Shown one piece after another: positions 54,252 to 64,000 of a stretch of DNA of 64,000 nt. The notes beneath the pieces are model-generated. The model saw nothing but the letters and a program-made list of their open reading frames with translations. It searched no databases and was not told where the DNA came from. Made by a program: the position numbers and the translations under genes. Every line of letters starts with the position of its first letter. Position 1 is the first letter of the stretch. Origin of the DNA: Phallusia mammillata. Its lineage: Eukaryota. The DNA is taken from assembly GCA_965637545.1 (NCBI GenBank), contig OZ281496.1, positions 24,118,001-24,182,000 on the forward strand. The letters run 5' to 3'.

Positions 54252-55499
54252 AAGCAGTGAATTTTGAAACACTAACAGGCCGATAAAGTTTCTGTTTAAA
54301 ACAGCTTTATTTCTATGTCGTTCTCGAGCCAACAGTACTATTAGAAAACCAATGTTTTTCAAATGTTTTTTTAAGTTATTTGCTGCTTGTACAGGCTCGC
54401 TACGCGCTGTGGTGCTTTCCTAATTTAAGCCTAAATATGCTTCGTACGCTGTATTTTGTCCACTGCCCGATTACATACTATATGATGTGCTATATTTACG
54501 TTAAAAAGTCTCCCTGGTACAGGATCTTCTATATTGGATATGTTTTCATGAATCCCAAGTAGATCTACGACTGTAAGTTTCATCTGTTTTTACAATTGTG
54601 TAAAAAAGTGCACAAATTTGTTAATTGATTTTATTCAATGTATATGCTGTAGGACTGTCCCGAACAGCTGTGTAAATGCATTGGACTGATTTTCAATTAT
54701 AAGAATTGCGCTTTTAGTGCTTTCTGAATTGACGCTGTGTTTGCAATCATTTGACGCTGTCGGTTTTTGACCATCATGCTTTTAAAGTATATTGTTCATT
54801 TGTGTTGCGCAATTTTCACATTATTAAAATCTTCACGAACCTAGCTCTTTGAATGTTTAAAAGTATTCAAATTAAGCAGAATTAAAACCTTTAGTCAGGA
54901 ACCCTACGCTGACACTCATTGCGGCAACATAATCTTTAGGTCTGCGGGCTGATTTTTTTTCTTTGTTCTTAATGACTAATGATGCACAAGACCCGGATTC
55001 TAACAAGTTTTTGCAATTCCCCTTGCTCATCTTATATAAATTTGGGCGGGAAAAATGCTGAATGCGAAACCAGCCCAGTGGGAATGGAGATTCATTCAAA
55101 ATTATGTAAGTTCCTAGGCGGTCACACTTTCAAGTAGCGGTATATTTTGGAAATTTACGGTTTAAATAGCCACAACATTGGAAATCAATCAATCAAGCAC
55201 ACGATCTACAGGAGAAAAAGGGTGAGTAAGGGACAAGCGTACATACTTTTTGCGGATAAATTTGAGGTTTAAAATTACATGTAAAAAATAATCAGAAATA
55301 GGTGAGGGAGACATTTGGCATACAAATCACAGTGGCAAAGTTACCTAGGTGAAAGCATTTTGCTACCCTGATGTATGAGACAAAGTTGAGGTTAGTGTTA
55401 CAAATGTGCAACATACAAATACGGCACACATGTATTTGGACAGTTGAATCATTATTAACCAATTTTAATTGCATGTAAATTTGCACCACAAGCATTTCA

Positions 55500-57222
55500 T
55501 TACCGCACAAGCATCCTAAAGTTTTTGGAACAAAACTTTGGCTTAAAATCTAGAGTTATTCCAAAATGCTCTTTAATTGCACTGTATATGTCTTGATCAC
55601 TTCCATCTTCATGTACAAGAAGATCTGTGCACCTAATTTTCTCTGTAAGAGGGTCAGGAAATTCTTTTTCCATCAACTTTCCTCCCCATAGTATTTTGAG
55701 ACCAGAATGGGTAAACAACTGCAAAGGTAGAAATATATCTGTACAGTATGATTTATTAGGTATGCTAACATTTGACAATTTATTTTTAATAGCATATGGA
55801 TATGAAACTTAGACATTTGTTGCCCTAAACCAAGCATTTGTATTACAAAAATGGTGCAGCCATCTATACACTTATTTTTGCATCAGAAAATGAAGACATA
55901 AAATATCAAACAGAGCAACACTAGGTTGAAATGCTCAAACATTTTGCTTCTACAGTCATCAAAAAGAAAACTAAAACAATGTTTTTCTACCTCTAAAAAT
56001 GAGTTGGTCATGAGAAATCCATTAGGGTTGCCCAAATGACTATTCCAGCCTACCCGGAACTCTTCCCATTCATGAGGAGTTGTACTGTTCGACAAATTTA
56101 AATTGATTGTTTAGGCACTAAACCACATTTTGTATTTAATATTCGATACCTAAATTTGAATATGATGTCCCAATCTTCACTGATGCTGTACTTGCTTATT
56201 TTCCTTTTGTTGGCAGTTATTTTCTCCCCAGCTAATAATGAACATAAATTTACATTTGCGATCTCGCTAAAAACACATTGTATGCTCAATAAAAACTAAC
56301 TGTCCATGTGAAAGGATTGCTTGTGCCTTTTTTCAACAAAATATGAATCATGAGCATCTTCTTCCCTGCGCAAGCGGTATATTCCACTCATTTCTTTCTG
56401 TGATTCCATAGACACAAGTAACTTGGGCATGAAAAATGAGGGTGCACCATAGCCAACATCAACAATCCAAATTTCTTCATTAATGGTCACCTTGAAAGTA
56501 TTGCAAATATGTAACTTTATAAGTATAGGGCAATTTCTAGAAGCTATGATAACTATACCTAAATATCTGTTGAAACTTTGAAGCAACTTTGGTCCGCTAA
56601 GAATCAATAAAATGTGTTTGGAGCAAAAATCCCACAGTAATGGATTGGTAGTATGGATTTCATAAGTTTGACAATTAGATCTCTGAAATACCTTTATTGT
56701 TTCTTCATAAAATGCTACAATATAACAGCATATTTTTCTTTGCTGTGTTTAGGGCCACTTGGTAAGTGTTTGGGTTTTCTAGTAATAAGTTAGATTTAAT
56801 CACCTACAATATTGACATATTGTTACATTCATTTGCACATTTGGTAATAATATTGCTTGCATAATTCAAACACAATAAACTAAGGTACAAACCTTTAGCA
56901 AAAGGTGATCAAAAGGAAAATTAAATTCATCGGAACTCTGCATAAAACAGCTGCCTTGCAAAAGCTCGATTTTATACCCCAGCAACTTTAGAAGATTACC
57001 AAATAGTCCATTTAGTTCATAGCAAAACCCACCCAAACCCAATTGAACAATTTTGTGGTAAATATTTTCTAAGTCAAACTGTTTTCCTTCACCCCCGAAC
57101 AGGTCCAATGTGTATTGAGGAACATGTGTAGCGTGACACCAACACAACTGGTTAAGGTTGTCCAAATTGGCCACTCTGCTGCCTGTGTATTCTATACGTT
57201 GCAAATATTTCTGCACGTCCAT
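55500..57222 (-). CDS. NAT: Arylamine N-acetyltransferase (~304 aa, 5 coding exons)
   Basis: Exons 56893-57222, 56301-56490, 56150-56231, 55991-56084, 55500-55718 (915 nt, phases consistent; the exon 3 acceptor was chosen by phase). N-terminus MDVQKYLQRIEY; triad motifs GGFCYELN (Cys), FDHLLLK (His), WIVDVGYG (Asp); C-terminal IKEHFGITL. Confidence 0.92.
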
Positions 57223-57414
57223 GGTAATTGGTAGTTCAAGACCAACGTTTTAAAAATATGCTGGGGTTTTGTGCTTTTGTCCTTTGGCAGCAGCACGCAG
57301 TCGTGACTCGCGATTACAAAAGGGTTCCAAAATAACCATTGTCATTCTGCCAGAATAAAAACGAAAAAAGGAATGCGAAACGAGAGAACGTCACAGATGG
57401 ATGCGCAACGAACG

Positions 57415-59767
57415 TTTTGGCCAAATCGAAATATTGACAAAATACGCAAAATTTAATACAATTTTTGAAATCTTTTCGGGCCCATTATTTTTTTAAAATT
57501 CGTCACATTGCCTTATCTTTTAGTCTATTTTAATAATCCGTTTTCGAAAAACTGAACCCGACTCGATAATTAGAGCAAAACGCAATTAACTAACACCCAC
57601 TTTGGGCCAAATGCCGAAAGTGACGAAATACGCTAACTTTATTACAATTTTTGAAATCTTTTCGGGCCCATCGTTTTCTTTAAATTCGCACCATTGCCTT
57701 ATCTTTTAGTCTATTTTTACAATCCGTTTTCAAAAAAATGAACCCGACTCGATAATTAGAGCAAAACGCAATTAACTAACACCCACTTTGGGCCAAATGC
57801 CAATAGGGACGAAATACGCTAAGTTCGATACAATTTTTGAAATCTTTTCGGGCCCATTATTTTTTTAAATTCGCACCATTGCCTCATCTTTTAGTCTACT
57901 TTATTAATCCGTTTTCAAAAAAGTGAACCCGACTCGATAATTACAGCAAAATGCAATTAACTAACACCCTCTTTGGACCAAATGCCGAAACTGACGAAAT
58001 ATGCTAAGTTCAATACAATTTTTGAAATCTTTTCGGGCCCATTATTTTTTTTAAATTCGCAACATTGACTCATCTTTTAGTCTATTTTATTATTCCGGTT
58101 TCAAAAAAGTGAACCCGACTCGATAATTACAGCAAAACGCAATTAACTAACACCCTCTTTGGACCAAATGCCGAAAGTGACGAAATACGCTAAGTTCAAT
58201 ACAATTTTTGAAATCTTTTCGGGCCCATTATTTTTTTTAAATTCGCAGCTTTGCCTCATCTTTTAGTCTATTTTATTAATCCGTTTTCAAAAAAGTGAAC
58301 CCGACTCGATGATTACAGCAAAATGCAATTAACTAACACCAACTTTGGGCCAAATGCCAATAGGGACGAAATACGCTAAGTTCGATACAATTTTTGAAAT
58401 CTTTTCGGGCCCATTATTTTTTTAAATTCGCACCATTGCCTCATCTTTTAGTCTACTTTATTAATCCGTTTTCAAAAAAGTGAACCCGACTCGATAATTA
58501 CAGCAAAATGCAATTAACTAACACCCTCTTTGGGCCAAATGCCGAAACTGACGAAATACGCTAAGTTCAATACAATTTTTGAAATCTTTTCGGGCCCATC
58601 GTTTTCTTTAAATTCGCACCATTGCCTTATCTTTTAGTCTATTTTTACAATCCGTTTTCAAAAAAGTGAACCCGACTCGATAATTACAGCAAAATGCAAT
58701 TAACTAACACCCACTTTGGGCCAAATGCCAATAGGGACGAAATATGCTAAGTTCAATACAATTTTTGAAATCTTTTCGGGCCCATTATTTTTTTTAAATT
58801 CGCAGCTTTGCCTCATCTTTTAGTCTATTTTATTAATCCGGTTTCAAAAAAGTGAACCCGACTCGATAATTACAGCAAAATGCAATTAACTAACACCCTC
58901 TTTGGGCCAAATGCCGAAACTGACGAAATACGCCAAATTTATTAAAAATTTTGAAATCTTTTCGGGCCCATTATTTTCTTTAAATTCGCACCATTGCCTC
59001 ATCTTTTAGTCTACTTTATTAATCCGTTTTCAAAAAAGTGAACCCGACTCGATAATTACAGCAAAATGCAATTAACTAACACCCTCTTTGGGCCAAATGC
59101 CGAAACTGACGAAATACGCCAACTTTATTAAAAATTTTGAAATCTTTTCGGGCCCATTATTTTCTTTAAACTCGCAACATTGACTCATCTTTTAGTCTAT
59201 TTTATTAATCCGTTTTCAAAAAAGTGAACCCGACTCGATAATTACAGCAAAATGCAATTAACTAACACCAACTTTGGGCCAAATGCCAATAGGGACGAAA
59301 TATGCTAAGTTCGATACAATTTTTGAAATCTTTTCGGGCCCATTATTTTTTTAAATTCGCACCATTGCCTCATCTTTTAGTCTACTTTATTAATCCGTTT
59401 TCAAAAAAGTGAACCCGACTCGATAATTACAGCAAAATGCAATTAACTAACACCCTCTTTGGGCCAAATGCCGAAACTGACGAAATACGCTAAGTTCAAT
59501 ACAATTTTTGAAATTTTTTCGGGCCCATTATTTTTTTTAAATTCGCAGCTTTGCCTCATCTTTTAGTCTATTTTAATAATCTGTTTTCAAAAAAGTGAAC
59601 CCGACTCGATAATTACAGCAAAATGCAATTAACTAACACCCACTTTGGGCCAAATGCCAATAGGGACGAAATACGCTAACTTTATTACAATTTTTGAAAT
59701 CTTTTCGGGCCCATTATTTTTTTAAATTCGCAGCTTTGCCTCATCTTTTAGTCTATTTTATTAATCC
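57415..59767 (+). repeat. 186-bp tandem array (~12.5 units), left arm of the foldback element
   Basis: The anchor TCTTTTCGGGCCC (once TTTTTTCGGGCCC) recurs at 57471, 57657, 57843, 58028, 58214, 58400, 58585, 58771, 58957, 59143, 59329, 59514 and 59700. The last unit is cut at 59767. Confidence 0.97.
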
Positions 59768-59773
59768 CAAAGC

Positions 59774-62700
59774 ATGCAAACGAAGACCGCTGTTAAAGAG
59801 TACAGAGAACTTTACGACCAAATGGAACCGGAAGAACGTTGGTTAGGTGCGCACACATATCTGCCGTCCCAATCTGTATTGAATAATATTAAAAGTGAAG
59901 GAAGTCTAGGTCGCCGAATAAGCAAATTGTGGTACCTAAATACTTTACGCTTAGAAATGGAAAAGGAAAGCCAATACTTTATCAGACACATTTCTGTTCA
60001 TCCGCCAATGGTCGTAATGTATTCCGATGCGCAGGTAAAAACTTTCAATCAAATTTGTGTTTTTGATATTGCGTACTACGATTCGACAGGAAGCATTTTG
60101 CGACGTTTTGAAAATTATTCCGACTTTCAGGTGTACACCTTATTAATTACAAACCCAACACAAGGTGGAACTCCCCTTCCCGTAACAACATGTGTCAGTT
60201 GTTTACATGATGCAAATACAATTAGTCATTTGCTGAAAAACTTTTTGTTCGACGTGGCTAAAATTTGTGGTCGTGCTAAAAAACCATCGCTAATTGTAGT
60301 TCATGGGTCAATGGCTATGTGGAACGCTGCATTGAAAGCGATATTGCATGAAACGCGATTAGACTTTTACAACCGCTGTTTCAAAATTGTGACCGGGAGA
60401 TTTGACGAGGTTGACTTGACCAAAACTATCTTTCATAATTGCTACAGTCATGCCATGAAAGCTGCCAAGTGTTTATGCCATAAATACAGCAATAAGCGTA
60501 AAATCGTTACAACTTACTTGTTTTGTATTAACGTAATGTTTTCATGCACGACGCTACCTGAACTAGATGAGGTCGTAGAAAGTTTTTACATTTTGACAAA
60601 CTGTAAAAAAACCTCTGCGTTGGTTGAAAAACATTTTAAACGCCTTCAATTATTTCGGCTACGGGACTACACCGACGATGGCAATGGTAAGAACGGCAGC
60701 GACGATAGCACTGATTATTTTTATGCTTGCAAGTCGTCCGACAGATTGCAGGAACGTCATTCACCGTTTTACGTTAGGTACAAAAATAACTTAGATAATT
60801 TTAATACTTCGCAGGTGTGCAAGGATCACATGTATACCAATTGCGACGAAAATGTTTATTGCAACCCTCAGTTGTGAGAGAAGGTACTGGAAATTATTTT
60901 AAGTAGAATTTGCGCAACCTCGCAGTTAATGCTTGGAGATTTAACTCGGCATGACACAAAAGGCAATCTTTCAAGCGAACAACTTGATGCGTACGAAGCA
61001 TTTTTCAAAAAGTGTGAAATTTTGCAACAAGCTGGTCACCAAACTATTATGGTAAACAATCAAACTCAAGGTATAATTGAAGAACATTTCGGAGACATGA
61101 AAGTTAATTTTATTGATGGCAAGCGTGTAGGGCGAATTGACGACTTCGTGGTAAAATACTTCAACGCCATAAAGGTTTTACAAAAACAGTTCGCCGACTC
61201 TGTGCAACACCTTACAACAACTCCTAAAAAAGTCTCGAAAACACAATTGGTTCCGTTTACAACTTCGATGCCTATGGTTGTGTCTAGGTTTAAGAACAGA
61301 AAACGCAATGCGACCAGTTTTTACTCGTCACAAGGTTTCGTGAAACAGCTAAAATATCAAAATAAGGCAACTTCGTTACAGGACAGTACCGAAATGACAG
61401 ACACCCCAGTTATTCCTGCTTTCATATTTTGTCCCAATAATGACGATGTTGTTGCAACGTGTAAACCCGTAGCAGGTCTCGTTTGGAATAAAGTTCCTTT
61501 AAACCCAGTAACAATTGCAAATTCGGCTCTTGTTATGCCATGTAATCAAACGTTATCATGGCTGGATTTGTGCTCTATTTGTCCTAAGCCAATTGGTTCT
61601 ACGTACACAGCTTTGACGCAAAACGCATATAAGTCCCACTCCGATACAACGCTTGGTTGGTTAACAGACAAGGCTGTTGATCATTATATTGCACGAGTTG
61701 TTCGTCTTTGTAACTATTTTCGTGCTGATCAATATGGATACATCTCCACGTTATTGGCATCAGAAATTTTAAACGGCAAGAAATTTAAGAATATTCATAG
61801 GGCATTCAAAGAAATTGTTCGCAACGTTTTGACGTTTTTGCAAAAGAAGTGTTGTACTTCAGTAAACCCTGATAGAACTCTATCCTTACAATGTTTTTCG
61901 CAAACGTATCCTTACAAGTTAGTTTCTGTGGTAGTTCATATGGGATCTAACGTTGCATCTGGTCATTACGAGTGCTATAGATTTGATGAACCAGGATTAA
62001 CCCTCTTCAATGATAAAATGGTAAAACGGACATTATTTGAATGCGAAAAAGAAAACATTCTGACTGGAAGTTGCCTGTTTTTTAAAAAACGAATCGGCGG
62101 AGATGTTGACGCAATTGCCAAAACTCTAACTCCAACGACGTCAGTTAAAGTAATAGTTAGACGGCGACGTCACTGCAACTTGTCATCTGTTACAACGAAA
62201 GACATTGTTGTCAGCAAAGACATAGATCTACAGCAATCAGTTGACGACAATTTAATTCTGATTTCGGACTTTGAAAACCTACACTCAGAAACAAAAGAAA
62301 CGTACAAGTATATTGCTCACAGTCTGCATACAATTCTTTCCAAAACGTTTAATGAAGCCAAATGCTTACCCGAGTGTTATCGTATGTGTTTGTTTCATGA
62401 AAAGCGCAGAAGTGAACTGATTCGCATAAATCAAGAATTTAGGTTTTGTAAGGGTTTAAATAAAGAATGCCTTGAGAATGTTGTGCGCTTTGTTGATCAC
62501 AAATTCTGTCGTTCTCGCGTGCGGCAGCGTATTATTGGACAACAAATATTTAGAGAATCTTATGTGGGAAAAGAACTGAAATCTGAATATTCGCCATCAG
62601 GAAGTTTGATTTCTTCCGCGCTTGAAAATACTCCTTCTGATGTCAACTTGTTTTTAACCCACGTACTAAATTTGGAAGCTTATATACATGAAGGTGAAGA

Positions 62701-62788
62701 ATATGTCGTACGTAGAAATGGGTATGTCGACAAAAACTTTTCAATGATATTAAAAACGAATACAAATGTTGATCTTCGTATTAAATGA
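59774..62788 (+). pseudogene. MULE-type DDE transposase fused to Ulp1-like and USP-like protease segments; 5'-truncated, in-frame TGA at 60875
   Basis: ORFs 59774-60877 and 60929-62788 are in the same frame. Motifs: YYDSTGS (Asp 60080), LIVVHGSMAMWNA (expected Asp is His, 60302), CYSHAMK (CxxH, 60440), NNQTQGIIEEHF (Glu 61079), GWLTDKAVDHYI (Ulp1-like, 61658), YKLVSVVVHMGSNVASGHYECY…FNDKMV (USP His box, 61913-62023). Confidence 0.8.
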
Positions 62789-63104
62789 TTCCATCAAAAA
62801 ATTGCATGAAAAAAAATCGCATTGCATGAAAAAACTGCATTTCCATGTTACAATGTTGCGCTATGTGCATGCACTGCATGAAAGCTAGCAGTTTTATTTT
62901 CTTTGTTTGGACAAATAATTGGTCAGGAAATTGTAACCATAGCCCAAAAAACAACAGTACATTGTAATGGTTAAACTACTAAATTTGTCCAAACAAAGAT
63001 TTTATCTGCAAAAAATCAAACCACTACTACTGTCGGAACCTTGACGTTGGTGTAATGGCTTTCAACCAATACCGGCAAAATAAAAATTGTAGGCGAACAG
63101 GGTT

Positions 63105-63740
63105 AAAATAATAGGCCCTAAAAGATTTCAAAAATTGTAATAAAGTTAGCGTATTTTGTCAGTTTCGGCATTTGGCCCAAAGTGGGTGTTAGTTAATTGC
63201 ATTTTGCTGTAATCATCGAGTCGGGTTCACTTTTTTGAAAACGGATTAATAAAATAGACTAAAAGATGAGGCAAAGCTGCGAATTTAAAAAAAATAATGG
63301 GCCCGAAAAGATTTCAAAAATTGTATTGAACTTAGCGTATTTCGTCACTTTCGGCATTTGGTCCAAAGAGGGTGTTAGTTAATTGCGTTTTGCTGTAATT
63401 ATCGAGTCGGGTTCACTTTTTTGAAACCGGAATAATAAAATAGACTAAAAGATGAGTCAATGTTGCGAATTTAAAAAAAATAATGGGCCCGAAAAGATTT
63501 CAAAAATTGTATTGAACTTAGCATATTTCGTCAGTTTCGGCATTTGGTCCAAAGAGGGTGTTAGTTAATTGCGTTTTGCTGTAATTATCGAGTCGGGTTC
63601 ACTTTTTCGAAAACGGATTATTAAAATAGACTAAAAGATAAGGCAATGTTGCGATTTAAAAAAAAATAATGGGCCCGAAAAGGTTTCAAAAATCGTATTA
63701 AATTTAGCGTATTTTGTCAATATTTTGATTTGGCCAAAAC
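63105..63740 (-). repeat. Inverted copy of the 186-bp array (~3.4 units), right arm of the foldback element
   Basis: GGGCCCGAAAAG at 63299, 63485 and 63671, plus a degenerate copy at about 63113. Reverse complement of the left-array units. Confidence 0.95.
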
Positions 63741-64000
63741 GTTCGTTGCGCAACCATCCTTGACGTTCTCTCGTATCGCATTCCTTTTTTCGATTTTATT
63801 CTGGCAGAATGACAATGGTCCAAAATAATGTAATACGTTTGTTTACGAATACCATGACGTTTCAATTTCTATGCTTCGTCATCATTATTATGCAGTTTTT
63901 CAATGCAAGTGCGTTTTCAATGCATGCGAAGTATCTTAGCGCATTTCAAAAACTTTAAACGTTTTAAGGAATACCTTGGCCTCAGTAAAGAAGTATGCCC

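Larger units (their letters stand above)
57336..63818 (+). mobile_element. Foldback-type Mutator-like (MULE; FB-NOF/Rehavkus/Phantom-like) DNA transposon, 6483 bp, probably defective
   Basis: Termini CCATTGTCATTCTGCCAGAATAAAA are inverted-identical for 25 nt (139/148 over the outer arm). Direct repeat TCCAAAATAA at 57326-57335 and 63819-63828 (an 8-bp CCAAAATA reading is also possible). Arms continue as inverted 186-bp tandem arrays around a transposase-like frame. Confidence 0.92.

Noticed and set aside
57415-59767. Regular repeat array as a CRISPR locus
   Set aside because: Units are contiguous 186-bp monomers with no unique spacers, there are no cas genes, the context is eukaryotic, and the array is mirrored as a transposon arm.
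61066-61308. Minus-strand 80-aa ORF in the transposon
   Set aside because: Antisense shadow of the transposase frame.

Overview
Intron-rich animal genomic DNA. Compact GT-AG introns and chordate-like proteins suggest a tunicate-like invertebrate chordate (inference). I reconstructed three protein-coding genes exon by exon with consistent splice phases. (1) GULP1/CED-6 engulfment adaptor on the minus strand (1341-14560), with a ~1.6-kb extra exon rich in tyrosine and PxxP motifs. (2) TANC/rolling-pebbles scaffold on the plus strand (40191-54067; 31 exons, ~1863 aa; P-loop, ankyrin, TPR, PDZ-binding tail). (3) Arylamine N-acetyltransferase on the minus strand (55500-57222; 5 exons, catalytic triad intact, atypical substitutions). 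The ~25-kb gap between GULP1 and TANC holds promoter-like motif islands, candidate alternative first exons, several 8-bp-TSD MITEs and a tRNA-derived SINE head. The most striking object is a 6,483-bp foldback-type Mutator-like transposon (57336-63818) with both ends and a 10-bp target duplication, inserted 113 bp upstream of the NAT start codon. Its inverted arms are built from 186-bp tandem repeats (about 12.5 left, about 3.4 right, with a 5-unit higher-order pattern). It carries a damaged DDE transposase frame fused to what look like parts of two different cysteine isopeptidases (Ulp1/SUMO-type and USP/ubiquitin-type). All homology calls are from motif recognition by eye; no database searches were run.
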